Source: Patescibacteria group bacterium
GTDB taxonomy: Bacteria > Patescibacteriota > Patescibacteriia > SG8-24 > DYFX01
Direction: 5' to 3'
Assembly (NCBI GenBank): GCA_041659045.1
Contig: JBAZZB010000002.1
Location: 159,855-223,854, forward strand
DNA length: 64,000 nt
A program made the position numbers and the translations under genes. Positions within the stretch are counted from its first letter, which is position 1. Each line of letters starts with the position of its first letter. Shown in pieces: positions 49,577-60,390 of this stretch. The notes under the pieces are model-generated. The model saw only the letters and a list, made by a program, of their open reading frames with translations, made no database searches and was not told where the DNA came from.

Positions 49577-50614
49577 ATGGAAGAAGCCGTCGAAAAAGCG
49601 CCGCCACGCGACGTCTCACCTGCCGCTCAGCCGACAGAGACAGCCTTTGACGCACGTTTACGGCCACGGAAGCTGTCAGAATTCGTCGGCCAACAGAAGC
49701 TGAAGGATCACTTGGCCGTCTTCCTCGGCGCCGCCCAAAAACGCGGCGAGCCGATCGAGCACACGCTGCTCTACGGCAACCCCGGCCTCGGCAAGACGAC
49801 ACTGGCACACATCATCGGCAACGAGATGGGTGTGAACGTGCGTACGACCTCTGGCCCGGCACTTGAGCGCGTCGGCGACTTGGCGGCGATTCTCACGAAC
49901 CTCGAAGAAGGCGACGTTTTGTTCATCGACGAAATCCATCGTCTCAACAAATTGATCGAGGAAGTGCTCTATCCGGCGATGGAGGATTTCGCACTCGACC
50001 TCGTGATCGGCAAAGGACCATCGGCGCGCACGCTCCGCATGGATCTCCCCCGCTTCACCATGATCGGTGCCACGACGCGCCTCTCGCTTCTCACCGCACC
50101 GCTGCGCGATCGTTTCGGCGTCACCTATCATCTCGATTTTTACGGGGCCGAAGATTTGAAACTGATTATCGAGCGCAACGCGACTGCTCTTGGATGCATC
50201 ATCCGACCCGACGCCGCCATGCGCATCGCCGATCGCGCGCGCCGCACCCCACGCGTCGCCAACCGCCTTTTGAAACGCGTGCGCGACTACGCGGACTTTC
50301 ACGGAGATGGTACGATTACCGTCGAGATCGTCGACCGCGCTCTACAAATGCTGGAGATCGACGAAGTCGGACTCGATCAAGTTGATCGTCGCATCCTTGA
50401 AACGATCATCTCAAAATTTGCAGGCGGTCCTGTCGGACTTAACGCCCTTGCTGCCGCCAGCTCCGAAGAAATGGAAACGATCGAGACGATCTACGAGCCG
50501 TACCTCATCCAACTCGGACTACTCCACCGCACACCTCGTGGACGCATGGTCACCGAAGCCGCCTACGCGCACCTTGGACTGACGGCCCCGGAAAAACTGG
50601 AAACTTTCATCTAG
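49577..50614 (+). CDS. ruvB: Holliday junction branch migration helicase RuvB
   Basis: [44 protein letters not shown]. Confidence 0.96.
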   Translation: MEEAVEKAPPRDVSPAAQPTETAFDARLRPRKLSEFVGQQKLKDHLAVFLGAAQKRGEPIEHTLLYGNPGLGKTTLAHIIGNEMGVNVRTTSGPALERVGDLAAILTNLEEGDVLFIDEIHRLNKLIEEVLYPAMEDFALDLVIGKGPSARTLRMDLPRFTMIGATTRLSLLTAPLRDRFGVTYHLDFYGAEDLKLIIERNATALGCIIRPDAAMRIADRARRTPRVANRLLKRVRDYADFHGDGTITVEIVDRALQMLEIDEVGLDQVDRRILETIISKFAGGPVGLNALAAASSEEMETIETIYEPYLIQLGLLHRTPRGRMVTEAAYAHLGLTAPEKLETFI

Positions 50615-50622
50615 GCACACGC

Positions 50623-50871
50623 ATGATCTCGATTCCTCCGTATTTTCTCCTCTTCCCGTTCGGCGCGTTTCTCTTGGCGTTTGTTTTTTTCTCAATTGCC
50701 AATATCGTGAGTCTGGCAAAGTACGGCGCACGCAACGCAACGGGTCTACTCGTGACATTCATGTTTGTCGCCGGTTCGGCTCTCATCGGCTTCTACGCTT
50801 GGAAGGCGCTTGAGCCCATTCCATGGACAGCGCCCGTTCCGCTTTTCCGGATTGAAATTCCGACTTTCTAG
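50623..50871 (+). CDS. Small 2-TM membrane protein
   Basis: Two hydrophobic helices; tight spacing with neighbours. Confidence 0.6.
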   Translation: MISIPPYFLLFPFGAFLLAFVFFSIANIVSLAKYGARNATGLLVTFMFVAGSALIGFYAWKALEPIPWTAPVPLFRIEIPTF

Positions 50872-50872
50872 T

Positions 50873-51469
50873 ATGTCGATCAAATCATTGTTTACCCAGC
50901 ACACGGGTGAAAAAATCGAATTCGTCTTGCGACGGCATCCGATTGTTTTCTTGCGACCAATTTTTGTTTTTCTCGTATTGGCCGGAATCCCCTTCGTTGG
51001 CAAAGCCGTCTTCTATGCCGACAAACCTTTTGGGCTTTCCGATCCGTTGAGCTGGGCAGGGATTGTTTTACTTGTCACGACCTATTACCTCGGCATCTGG
51101 GTATTTTTCCTGAGCCAGTTCACGGATTACTACCTCGACATCAACATTGTCACGAACGACCGTATCATCGATATCAATCAAAAAGGCCTCTTCGGACGAT
51201 CCGTCGCCGAACTTGATCTGACGCGTGTACAAGATGTCCACTCGGAAATTAAAGGTATTATCCCAACACTGCTTGGATACGGAACTGTTATCGTTCAAAC
51301 GGCGGCGAACGAGGAAAATTTCCACTTCGAACAAATCCCGAATCCCAACTACATTCGTCAGCGTATTCTCGAACTCGCGGCGCTCGACCGCAAACGCGAA
51401 GCGCGTGAGATCATGGGTACGAGCCCGGAAGCGGCGGGTCACCGTGAAATGAAGGAGCAAGGCTTGTAG
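50873..51469 (+). CDS. Membrane protein with bacterial PH domain
   Basis: LRRHP, two TMs, IVTNDRIIDINQKGLFGR...VQDV...GYGTVIVQTA. Confidence 0.8.
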   Translation: MSIKSLFTQHTGEKIEFVLRRHPIVFLRPIFVFLVLAGIPFVGKAVFYADKPFGLSDPLSWAGIVLLVTTYYLGIWVFFLSQFTDYYLDINIVTNDRIIDINQKGLFGRSVAELDLTRVQDVHSEIKGIIPTLLGYGTVIVQTAANEENFHFEQIPNPNYIRQRILELAALDRKREAREIMGTSPEAAGHREMKEQGL

Positions 51470-51502
51470 AACGTAAAAGGACTCTCGGTCGAGAGTCCTT
51501 TT

Positions 51503-52711
51503 TTATCGCGCGGCGGTTTTCCCTTGCAGCCACGCTTTCTCAGCCAGCGTCTTCGCATCTCGGAACGAATGCGTCACGGTGTCGCAGCCCAGCACGACGA
51601 CGATAATATCTTTGCCATCCTTCTGCATGCGCGTCACCAAAGTGTACCCAGCCTCGTTGATATAACCTGTCTTACCGGCCGTCACGTGGAGCGACGTGTC
51701 GTTCACCAGCTTGTTCGTATTCTTGATGAGGTGCGGACCTTTCGAAGTCGCGACTTCGTATTGTGGTTCCGCGGCAATAGGAGCGATCCAGTCGTCGTTG
51801 AATGCGGCGCGCGCCATGATCGCCACTTCTTTGGCGGTTGAAAGGTTTTCGACTTCAATGCCTGTTGGGTCGGCGAAGCGCGAACGCGGCATACCGAGTG
51901 CGATCGCCTTTTCATTCATACGTCGCAAGAACTCTTCGTTTGAAAGACCAGTAGCACGCGCGACGGCGTTTGTCGCGTTGTTCGCCGAACCAATAACGGC
52001 ACTCGCGACCAAATTGCGTACGGTCAATTCGGTACCGACCGGCACGCGCAGGCGTCCACCACCAACCTCGTCGCCACGAGAAAGCGTCACGATCGAATCC
52101 GGATTAAGACCCGCGTCGTGCGCGACCATCACGGACATGAGCTTGGTGATTGAAGCGATGCTGCGCACGTCGTCACCGTTGCGCTGATCGAGAATTTCGC
52201 CAGTCTCAGCGTCCATGACAGCATAGGCTTCGGCATTCACATCATTCTGAACCGCCGCCCGAGGCGTAACGACCTTGATCGACAGTTTGGCGATGGCATT
52301 GTGAATCCACGCTTTATTTTCAACCGCGAGTTGAAATTGCTCGTTATAGGTTCCCGTTGCGTCCGGGGCATGGAGCGTGAGCGTGACGCTGCCCGTCTCG
52401 CCGGGGCGCACCAAGGCTTCTCGCAATTTTGCCGCCTGGATCGCGCTCGGCCACGTCGTGTTTTTAAAAATGCTTTTGCGCGCGTACGGACCGGTGGCGT
52501 ACATCGAAACGTACAACGAACCAGAGCCGCGCCACATGTGCGTGCCGATGTTTTTGAACTTCAGTGTGACCTGTTTGGAACCTCCCGCTGGAATCTCGAT
52601 TGCCCTGCTGCCTTGCAGGCCCGAGGACGCGTACGCGCGAGACGCCGCATCCGCAGAAAGCGGAACGGCGAAGGATACGGCGACGACAGCAATAGCAAGG
52701 AGACGTTTCAT
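51503..52711 (-). CDS. Peptidase S11 (D-Ala-D-Ala carboxy/endopeptidase) with N-terminal Ig-like domain
   Basis: ASITKLM (SxxK), SAN (SxN), GKTGY (KTG); signal peptide; terminator at about 51475-51504. Confidence 0.9.
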   Translation of the reverse strand: MKRLLAIAVVAVSFAVPLSADAASRAYASSGLQGSRAIEIPAGGSKQVTLKFKNIGTHMWRGSGSLYVSMYATGPYARKSIFKNTTWPSAIQAAKLREALVRPGETGSVTLTLHAPDATGTYNEQFQLAVENKAWIHNAIAKLSIKVVTPRAAVQNDVNAEAYAVMDAETGEILDQRNGDDVRSIASITKLMSVMVAHDAGLNPDSIVTLSRGDEVGGGRLRVPVGTELTVRNLVASAVIGSANNATNAVARATGLSNEEFLRRMNEKAIALGMPRSRFADPTGIEVENLSTAKEVAIMARAAFNDDWIAPIAAEPQYEVATSKGPHLIKNTNKLVNDTSLHVTAGKTGYINEAGYTLVTRMQKDGKDIIVVVLGCDTVTHSFRDAKTLAEKAWLQGKTAAR

Positions 52712-52941
52712 GCAGTCAATTGATGTGCTGCGGTATCAGAAGGACGTGCCTCGGCGGGCGCAGGCAGATCGATTGGCGCGAGACGGCGATCAACCTCGCG
52801 CAGCCCGTAGGCGAAACCGACGATGAGTACCATCGCGAGGAGAAGTGCCGGAGCGAGTCCGCCACCCACCGGTTTCGTACGTGAAAGAGCGATCTGACGC
52901 CGCCTGAGCACGTAAGGATGTACTCCTCCGGCAACAAGCAT
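52708..52941 (-). CDS. Small single-TM protein
   Basis: ATGA overlap with the peptidase start; one TM. Confidence 0.5.
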   Translation of the reverse strand: MLVAGGVHPYVLRRRQIALSRTKPVGGGLAPALLLAMVLIVGFAYGLREVDRRLAPIDLPAPAEARPSDTAAHQLTA

Positions 52942-53012
52942 GGCGGTTTTTTCTGAATGAATTGTACCAAAAAAATGACCTCTCGTCAAACGTAAAATAA
53001 AAACAAGGGCGT

Positions 53013-53684
53013 TCAGCCCTTGTAAAAGAAGTTGGTGTCTTCGGTCGAGACGGGCACGACCTCCTTGGCGCGCGACGGCACGCCTTCCTCTTCGGTGAAC
53101 ATGCCGAAGGCGGTCGAGAAGAGAGGGGTTGGGCCATACATCCAGTGCACGAAGTGCGTCTGACCGTGCTCGTCGACGACATCACAGAGCGGGAGCTTGC
53201 GCGCCCGAACCAGCGCGGGTTCCTGAAGCGCGAGATGCAGACCTTCGATCAGTCGCAAGCCGCACTCATCCGCAGCGAACTTGGCGCGCGCCGTGTTCGC
53301 AGACGTTCCCGGCCAACGCGTACCGGGCTGCCAGAAGACAATGTAGCGCAGGAGCTCGCCGTGCTGCGGATGCACGGTCGGGCAAAGCGTCAGCTCGTCC
53401 GCTTTCTCGAACATCATCATCTGTGGCGTCTCGCTGTCGGGCAGGGGCAGGTAACGACATGGTCTCGTCACGCGCCGCGTACCGTAGTCGATCGGCGACG
53501 GTATCGGGTGCAAGGGGAATGCGTCGACGAGCAGCATGTGTTCGAAACGCCCTTCATGCTGTTCCGGAAGATTGATCGCCAACGGCCAGAGGCAGCGGTA
53601 GTCTTCGTCGGCGATCCCTTGAAGGCGGCCAATGCCGGAAGCGATCAGTCTGTCGACCTGTGTCTTGGGATAAAACGTGCGCAT
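53013..53684 (-). CDS. Hypothetical protein (orphan)
   Basis: TTGACG upstream, GGAGGAG SD, GC-rich third positions. Confidence 0.6.
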   Translation of the reverse strand: MRTFYPKTQVDRLIASGIGRLQGIADEDYRCLWPLAINLPEQHEGRFEHMLLVDAFPLHPIPSPIDYGTRRVTRPCRYLPLPDSETPQMMMFEKADELTLCPTVHPQHGELLRYIVFWQPGTRWPGTSANTARAKFAADECGLRLIEGLHLALQEPALVRARKLPLCDVVDEHGQTHFVHWMYGPTPLFSTAFGMFTEEEGVPSRAKEVVPVSTEDTNFFYKG

Positions 53685-53760
53685 GGAATCTCCTCCGCCC
53701 GAATGGTGCCGTCTCCCGCCCCTGGCGTCAATCCGTCGGTCTGCTACCCTTAAGTACGAT

Positions 53761-55209
53761 ATGTCACGCACTGCCTCGATCGCAAAAAATACCATTGTTC
53801 AGGTGATCGGCCGCACCATCGGCACAATTTTCGGGCTCGTGACACTCGGTGTCATGACGCGCTACTTGGGCACGTCGGGCTATGGCGCTTTCACGACCGT
53901 CACAAGCTTCCTCCAGTTCTTCGGCATTCTTGTCGACTTCGGACTGTCGCTCACAACTGTCGCTATGTTGTCCGAGCACGAAGCAGATCAAGACAAGATT
54001 GCTTCAAACATTTTCACGCTGCGTCTCATTTCAGCAGCCATTTTTTTCCTTATCGCGCCGGCAGTCGTGCTGCTCTTCCCTTATACATCGGATGTAAAAT
54101 CTGGCGTCAGTATTGCCGCCGCCTCGTTCTTCCTGATTGCCGTGAATCAAGTGCTGACAAGCATGCTGCAAACAAAGTTGCGCATGGCTCGCGCGGCATC
54201 AGCGGAAGTACTCGGTCGCGCCGGACTTTTACTGGGCGCTCTCGCGACAGCGCATTGGGATCTTGGACTCGGCTGGATGCTCGGTGCGCTTGTGCTCGGC
54301 AATGGTCTGACCGTTTTTTGGAACTGGTTGCTTGTGCGCGCGCTCATGCGTCTCGATTGGCGTTTTGATTGGACGGTGTGGAAGGAAGTCGCGCACCGCA
54401 CCTGGCCGATCGCCGTGTCGATCAGCTTCAACCTTATCTACCTGATGGGTGGAGTTATCGTCCTCTCGCTCACGCGTCCGCAGGCGGAAGTCGGTGTGTA
54501 CGGCGCCGCGAGAAAAATTCTCGATGTCCTAACCGTCATCCCAATCATGTTCATGGGGCTCGTGCTGCCGCTCCTTGTAAAAGCGCGACACGAAGGCTTT
54601 GCGACCGACTGGAGCCGTATCATGCAAAAAGCTTTTGACTTCATGGCGGTATTGGCGCTCCCGCTTGTCGCCGGCACGTTGGTTGTCGGTCGTGACCTCA
54701 TGATTTTGCTCGCAGGCAAAGATTTTGCGGGTGCAGGTCCTCTGCTCATTATTTTGATTCTCGCTTGCGCTTCCGTCTTCTTCGGATCGCTCTTCGGCCA
54801 CGCCGTCATCGCCGTCAAAAAGCAGCGCCCGATGATTTGGGGCTACGCGCTTAATGCCGCACTAGCGATTATTCTCAACATCTTGCTTGTGCCTCGCTTC
54901 GGTGCGCCCGCCGCGGCATGGGTAACGTTCATTACCGAAGCCTTCATTGCTTGCGCAACGTTCTTTATGATCTGGCGCACGACGGGGTTCGTGCCGAGGT
55001 TTGGCACGGCACTACGCGCCGCGTTCGCCGCCGCAGGCATGGCGATGTTTGTCTCCATTTTGCCTGATATGCACGTGCTACTTAAAACGGGAGTCGGCAT
55101 GCTGACCTACGCCGCGTTGGCACTTGCGTTCCGAGCCATCGAACCTGAAATGGTGAAAGAGCTCTTGAGCCGCAAGCAAGCCGCTGTCACAGCACCGACG
55201 CAAGGATAG
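53761..55209 (+). CDS. Wzx-type polysaccharide flippase
   Basis: IAKNT start, RYLG...YG, DFGL, multi-TM, VGVYGAA. Confidence 0.9.
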   Translation: MSRTASIAKNTIVQVIGRTIGTIFGLVTLGVMTRYLGTSGYGAFTTVTSFLQFFGILVDFGLSLTTVAMLSEHEADQDKIASNIFTLRLISAAIFFLIAPAVVLLFPYTSDVKSGVSIAAASFFLIAVNQVLTSMLQTKLRMARAASAEVLGRAGLLLGALATAHWDLGLGWMLGALVLGNGLTVFWNWLLVRALMRLDWRFDWTVWKEVAHRTWPIAVSISFNLIYLMGGVIVLSLTRPQAEVGVYGAARKILDVLTVIPIMFMGLVLPLLVKARHEGFATDWSRIMQKAFDFMAVLALPLVAGTLVVGRDLMILLAGKDFAGAGPLLIILILACASVFFGSLFGHAVIAVKKQRPMIWGYALNAALAIILNILLVPRFGAPAAAWVTFITEAFIACATFFMIWRTTGFVPRFGTALRAAFAAAGMAMFVSILPDMHVLLKTGVGMLTYAALALAFRAIEPEMVKELLSRKQAAVTAPTQG

Positions 55210-55214
55210 CCATC

Positions 55215-56321
55215 ATGCGCATTCTTTTTCTTTCCTTCCCCTACGCCTCAACACAAGGTGGCGGTGAGCGTTACACCGAACAAACCGTCGAGGGATTGAA
55301 ACGTGCCGGACACGATGTTTTACTCGTCTCCTCTTCCGAAGCATTGCTTGCGATGTTTAAGAAGCACGGTTGGCGCGCGTATTCCGCCTGGTGCGGTGTC
55401 GAGCCGGTAACAATGCTTTCCGCACTGCTATTTCCGCTCACGATTGTTTTTTTCACGCCGTTTGTATTTCTTCTTTTGGCGTGGTTCCGTTTCGTGCATC
55501 GAACGGAAGCCGTCGTGTGCCTTTCGCTCACCGAAAAACTTCTCGCCACGCCGATCGCCAAACTTTTCGGCATGCGCGTCGTGTGGACTGAGCATCTTGT
55601 CGCCGGCCGCTCGCTGCGACTGAACCCGTTTCGTGGTTGGTACGTCGCCTGCGCACGGAGCGCGAATGTTGTGACCGTGTCGGAAGCGGCCGCATCCGCA
55701 CTTGTTGATGTCGGCGTACTGCGCAGAAACGTGCGCATCATTTCACCTGGCGTGCAGCCGAGCACGAATCACATTGACTCATCTGTTTCACACACCGTCG
55801 GCATCATCTCGCGCTTCAGTCGCGAAAAAAATGTTTCTCTGGCACTTCGCGCCTTCGCGCTTGTGGTGAAGGAACTTCCAGACGCGCAGCTTGAGATCTT
55901 TGGCGACGGTCCTGAGCGCGCGATGCTAGTGCGCTTGGCGGACGAACTCACGCTTTCGGATAAAACGACTTTCCACGGACACGTCGAGCAGGTGCGCGGC
56001 GCTGGACGGTTTAACGTTCTCACTGTTCCATCTGCAAAAGAATCCTTCGGCATGGCTGCCCTTGAAGCCATGGCTGACGGGCTGCCGGTTGTCGCTACGC
56101 GTGTTGGTGGCTTGCCGGAAGTCGTCGTCCATGGGAAAACAGGCTTACTGGTTCCCCCAGAGGATCCCCGCGCCATGGCCGATGCCCTGCTCACCTTGCT
56201 CCGCGATACGATGCGCACGAAGCAGCTCGGTGAAGCCGGACGAGAGCGGGCAACCCAGCTGTTTACGGAAGAAAAAATGCAAACCGCATGGATCGAGCTG
56301 TTCTCATCAGCGTCACGCTAA
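55215..56321 (+). CDS. Glycosyltransferase family 4
   Basis: GGGERY, REKNV, GDGPER, ESFGMAALEAMADGLPVV. Confidence 0.92.
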   Translation: MRILFLSFPYASTQGGGERYTEQTVEGLKRAGHDVLLVSSSEALLAMFKKHGWRAYSAWCGVEPVTMLSALLFPLTIVFFTPFVFLLLAWFRFVHRTEAVVCLSLTEKLLATPIAKLFGMRVVWTEHLVAGRSLRLNPFRGWYVACARSANVVTVSEAAASALVDVGVLRRNVRIISPGVQPSTNHIDSSVSHTVGIISRFSREKNVSLALRAFALVVKELPDAQLEIFGDGPERAMLVRLADELTLSDKTTFHGHVEQVRGAGRFNVLTVPSAKESFGMAALEAMADGLPVVATRVGGLPEVVVHGKTGLLVPPEDPRAMADALLTLLRDTMRTKQLGEAGRERATQLFTEEKMQTAWIELFSSASR

Positions 56322-57547
56322 TCGCCGCGTTGCTCCCCTTGGAGCGCGTCGGCGCTTTTTCGATTGCGGGATTGAACGTCCGACCGAGTCAGATTGCGCT
56401 TCTCATCGCATGGCTGCTATTCGCGCGGTTGTGGCTGCTCGGCCGCACATCGTTCGAGTGGCGGAGTCCTGTACTCCTGGCTCTCGCCGGATTTTTCGCC
56501 GCCGCCGGACTTTCGCTGCTCAACTCGGAAAACCTGACGCGCTCTCTCGTCGTGCTGGCGTTCACAATCTTCACCGCGTCGCTCGTGCTGCTTCTGCCGA
56601 ACGTTTTGAAAAGCGAAAACGACTTCAAACGCGTGCGCGTGGCGATTCTGTTCGCGGCTGCGCTCATGGCACTGCTTGGCCTCTGGCAGTTCGTGGCCGA
56701 CATGTTCGGGCTTCCGCTTTGGATGACCGGCCTGCGCGAAACGTATTCGCGCGCGATTCTCGGCTTCACGCGCGTACAAGCGACCGCGGCCGAACCTCTC
56801 TATTTTGCGAATTATCTTCTGCTGCCTATCGCGCTCGCTGGCGCGTGGCTTTTGAAAAATCCTGAGGCAAAAACGCGCCGCTGGCTTTCATTGCTCCTCG
56901 CCATGCTATGTGTGAACGTCTTTCTCACCTCCTCGCGCGGTGGCTGGCTTGGCGCCGCTGTTACGGTAGCTACCCTTCTTTGGATGGAGCGCTCGCGCCT
57001 GCGCGACATGCGTCCACTCCTTCGCGCGGCGGGCATCACAATCACTTCGATTGCCGTGGGCGTGCTCCTGCTCGGCAGTTTTTTCTCAACCTCGCGCGAA
57101 ACCGTGACGGATACGTTCTTCCGCCATGTCACAACCGTCACTGACGGCGCCGCGTTCGATGATCGTGCGCAAACGATCGTCGCTGCGTTTGAAGCCTGGA
57201 AGCTCCATCCGTGGATTGGTGTCGGCTTCGGCGGTTACGGTCCGTTCGTCTCGACATTCGCCTTCTCTAAACCTGAAGCAGGTTGGCCGATCGTAAATAA
57301 CGAAACGCTCGAACTACTCTCGGAAACGGGCATGATCGGTTTGGCAACATTCGTTCTCTTCTTGATCGTCCTCTTCCGTGAGACGTCGCCGCGCCGTGAA
57401 GACGGAATCGAGACCATTCGCATCGCCTGCACCACCGCGCTCCTTGGCATGCTCGCGCAGTATCAAACCTTCTCGACCTTGTATATCATGCATGTGTGGT
57501 TTACGATCGGCTTGCTTTTGGCCACCTCCAAACCCACTCGCGCATGA
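56288..57547 (+). CDS. O-antigen ligase/polymerase-like membrane protein
   Basis: RVQATAAEPLYFANYL, TSSRGGW, PWIGVGFGGY, ELLSETGMIG. Confidence 0.85.
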   Translation: MDRAVLISVTLIAALLPLERVGAFSIAGLNVRPSQIALLIAWLLFARLWLLGRTSFEWRSPVLLALAGFFAAAGLSLLNSENLTRSLVVLAFTIFTASLVLLLPNVLKSENDFKRVRVAILFAAALMALLGLWQFVADMFGLPLWMTGLRETYSRAILGFTRVQATAAEPLYFANYLLLPIALAGAWLLKNPEAKTRRWLSLLLAMLCVNVFLTSSRGGWLGAAVTVATLLWMERSRLRDMRPLLRAAGITITSIAVGVLLLGSFFSTSRETVTDTFFRHVTTVTDGAAFDDRAQTIVAAFEAWKLHPWIGVGFGGYGPFVSTFAFSKPEAGWPIVNNETLELLSETGMIGLATFVLFLIVLFRETSPRREDGIETIRIACTTALLGMLAQYQTFSTLYIMHVWFTIGLLLATSKPTRA

Positions 57548-58791
57548 CCCCATTCCTCATCATCGTCTTTGCGGCCTTCAGCTATCTCGCCTGGCATGAC
57601 TTGCGCAAGGCGTTTTTACTGTTCGTTGCGGCGCTTCCTGTCTATGTCGTGCGCTTCAGCATTGGCAGTATTCCGACAACGGCGCTGGAAATTCTTTTCA
57701 TCATTCTTTTCATCGCATGGATGCTCAAACGCGAAAAGCGTTTGATCGATATCAAAGGCTGGGGCTGGCTCTTGCTTGCGTGGCTCGCGGTCGCAACAGT
57801 CTCACTGTTCGTCTCCCCTGATTTCCGCGCAGCCGCCGGTGTGTGGAAAGCGTATTTCATCGAACCGATTCTGTTCTTCTTGATCGCCAACGATCTCATG
57901 CGCACGCAAGAGGATCGCAACGCCGCCGTCGGCTCGCTTGCCTGGTCAGCGATTGTGGTTTCCGGCATGGCGATCGTGCAGCATTGGACGGGTTGGGGCG
58001 TTCCTCCCCCGTTCAACGGCGTACCAGTGCCGCCCGCGACAGAAGCCGAATTCCGTTCGACCTCGTTCTACGGATTTCCGAATGCGGTCGGGCTTTTTCT
58101 CGCGCCGCTCGTTCCCCTCTTCCTACGGAAAGGAAATCTCTATCGCGCCGCATTCCTCGCCTCGATCGCAGCCATCGCGCTCGCACAATCCGAAGGCGCC
58201 TTGATCGGTCTCGCGGCTGGCATCGGCGTGTACATGCTTTGTTTCAAGAAAGGCCGCCTGCCTGCCTTGATTATCGGAGGAATTTTCCTTGCCGGTATTT
58301 TTATCATCCCGGAAACGCGCGCCTTTGCGATCGAGAAACTCACGCTGAGAGACTGGTCTGGACGCGTACGAAAAGAAATGTGGGTCGAAGCTTCGCATAT
58401 GCTAAAGGATCACGCAGTCCTCGGTGCCGGGCTTTCCGGCTATCCGATTGTCTTCGATGCGTATCACGAGGCGCGCCACATCGAAATTTTCCAGTATCCT
58501 CACCAGCTCTTTCTGAACTTCTGGAGCGAGCTCGGTCTCGCCGGACTCATCGCCTTCTTCCTGCTGATCGGGCGCTACTTCATGACGTTGCGTGAAACAC
58601 TCCGGCGCGTTCCGTCGTCTCAATTTTGGATCGCGATGCTTGTCGCTTCGATGACGGCACTCCTCGTACACGGCTTGGTGGATGTTCCCTATTTCAAAAA
58701 TGATCTCTCGATGTTGTTCTGGCTGCTTCTCGCTCTTACCAGTTCGATGCGTGCGGAAGCGCGGCAAATTGATACCAGCGCTACATCCTGA
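57544..58791 (+). CDS. O-antigen ligase-like membrane protein
   Basis: RSTSFYGFPNAVG, SEGA, GAGLSGY, PHQLFLNFWSELG, HGLVD. Confidence 0.85.
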   Translation: MTPFLIIVFAAFSYLAWHDLRKAFLLFVAALPVYVVRFSIGSIPTTALEILFIILFIAWMLKREKRLIDIKGWGWLLLAWLAVATVSLFVSPDFRAAAGVWKAYFIEPILFFLIANDLMRTQEDRNAAVGSLAWSAIVVSGMAIVQHWTGWGVPPPFNGVPVPPATEAEFRSTSFYGFPNAVGLFLAPLVPLFLRKGNLYRAAFLASIAAIALAQSEGALIGLAAGIGVYMLCFKKGRLPALIIGGIFLAGIFIIPETRAFAIEKLTLRDWSGRVRKEMWVEASHMLKDHAVLGAGLSGYPIVFDAYHEARHIEIFQYPHQLFLNFWSELGLAGLIAFFLLIGRYFMTLRETLRRVPSSQFWIAMLVASMTALLVHGLVDVPYFKNDLSMLFWLLLALTSSMRAEARQIDTSATS

Positions 58792-58847
58792 CAGGCGCAG
58801 ATGATTTGCGTGTGTTTCTTAAAAAGAAAATGACCGCAGCGTAGCGG

Positions 58848-59273
58848 TCAGATGTAGACCTCGTTCTTGGGGTCGAAGCGGCGCACGGCGACTTCGACCT
58901 TGTACAACTTCGGATCAACCAGATGTTGGTTCTTGAGCTTGCACGCGGCGTAGCACTCCAGTGCTGCCTTCTTCAACGCTTCGGCAAACGCCGTGCGCAC
59001 CTCGATGGTTCGCTCCGGCTTGTCGAAGAGCACTTCCACGGAGATGAGCGTGACGTCGCTCGGAAGTCCGACGCCCGCGTCGATGTGGACCGCGATGTCC
59101 TCGCGTGCCATCTCGCCGAGACCTTTGAAGGCCAGGGTCGCATCTTGAAGTGCTGTCACAAGCACGAGATCTTGGTGCCGACGCTCTGCGTTCGCAGCTT
59201 CCTCGTTCTGTCTCCAGAGCGTGTTCGATTTACGATCGAGTGCGAATGCGTTTCTAACAACGATCACGGGCAT
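58848..59273 (-). CDS. Hypothetical protein, possibly tautomerase-like
   Basis: AGGAGG SD; Met-Pro start; VEVLFDKPERTIEVRTAFAEAL. Confidence 0.6.
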   Translation of the reverse strand: MPVIVVRNAFALDRKSNTLWRQNEEAANAERRHQDLVLVTALQDATLAFKGLGEMAREDIAVHIDAGVGLPSDVTLISVEVLFDKPERTIEVRTAFAEALKKAALECYAACKLKNQHLVDPKLYKVEVAVRRFDPKNEVYI

Positions 59274-59374
59274 AGTTCCTCCTGCGCGGAGATTTTCACA
59301 AAAACGGCACTCTGTCAATCGTTGACATTGGGATGTGTTTCAACTACGGTGCGCCTGTCCAACAGGAGGAAACG

Positions 59375-60172
59375 ATGTTCCCATACATTGGCATGACCGA
59401 CGTTCCCGATGCGGAGTGGCTCGCTTCGATGCTCCGCCTCTACCGCCAGTGCGGCGGCGAGATGCTCGAGCACAAGCTGCACGCTGGTGTCATGACGAGC
59501 TACAAGGTGTTGAACGGCATCAAGACGTCGTGGTCAGAGGTGTGGCCGAAGCCCGAGGAGATCGCCGACATCTTCGTGTACGATCAATGCGTGATGAATG
59601 TGCTCCACTACGCCGACTACGAGGACAAGGACCGAGATCTCGCCGGCACGCTCATGCATGTCGCCAACCTCGGCGGTCCGTATCTCTACGCGCTCCAGCT
59701 CGACATGCCCTGGCCGGACGTCACCGCGCTCAAGAAGTTCGAGAAGCGCCGACCGCCCGTCTACGTCATCCTGCAGGTCGGCGAAGTCGCGCTCAAGCGC
59801 GTCGGCAACGACCTGAGCGAGACGATCAATCGCCTTCAGGACTACAGCAGCTCGATCGACGGCGTCTTGCTCGACCTCAGCATGGGGCGCGGTAAGAGCA
59901 TGAACGCCGCACTCCTGCGGCCGTTCATCCTCGCCTTCCGCTCACGACTGCCGCATCTGAGCATCACCGTCGCCGGCGGCCTCGGTCCTGACACGCTGCA
60001 CCTCGTCGCACCGCTCGTCGCCGAGTTTCCATCGATCTCGATCGACGCACAAGGCCAGCTGCGCGCCAGCGGTTCCTCGAAGGACCCGATCGACCGCGAG
60101 CGCGCCGAACGCTACCTCCGCGGCGCCGTCGAGATGTACATCGCGACCGTTCCGAACGGACACCCGGTCTGA
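59375..60172 (+). CDS. TIM-barrel protein, TrpF/PRAI-like C-terminal half
   Basis: AGGAGG SD; GVLLDLSMGRG, VAGGLGP, SIDAQG. Confidence 0.65.
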   Translation: MFPYIGMTDVPDAEWLASMLRLYRQCGGEMLEHKLHAGVMTSYKVLNGIKTSWSEVWPKPEEIADIFVYDQCVMNVLHYADYEDKDRDLAGTLMHVANLGGPYLYALQLDMPWPDVTALKKFEKRRPPVYVILQVGEVALKRVGNDLSETINRLQDYSSSIDGVLLDLSMGRGKSMNAALLRPFILAFRSRLPHLSITVAGGLGPDTLHLVAPLVAEFPSISIDAQGQLRASGSSKDPIDRERAERYLRGAVEMYIATVPNGHPV

Positions 60173-60231
60173 CCACGAAACTCCGTGGTCTTTTTTATAA
60201 CAAAAAAGACCGAGACAAACTCGGTCTTTTT

Positions 60232-60322
60232 TGGCGGAGAGAGTGAGATTCGAACTCACGAGACCCTTGAGAGGTCTAACGGTTTTCGAGACCGTCGCCT
60301 TCAACCACTCAGCCATCTCTCC
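60232..60322 (-). tRNA. tRNA-Ser(CGA)
   Basis: ACGGT-CTCGAAA-ACCGT anticodon arm, long variable arm, GCCA end. Confidence 0.95.
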
Positions 60323-60390
60323 ATGGTTGACGTGCCGAAATGTAGCATGGTTGCCCCTGCTTGTAAAGAAAAGACCCCGCGTATGTGGGG

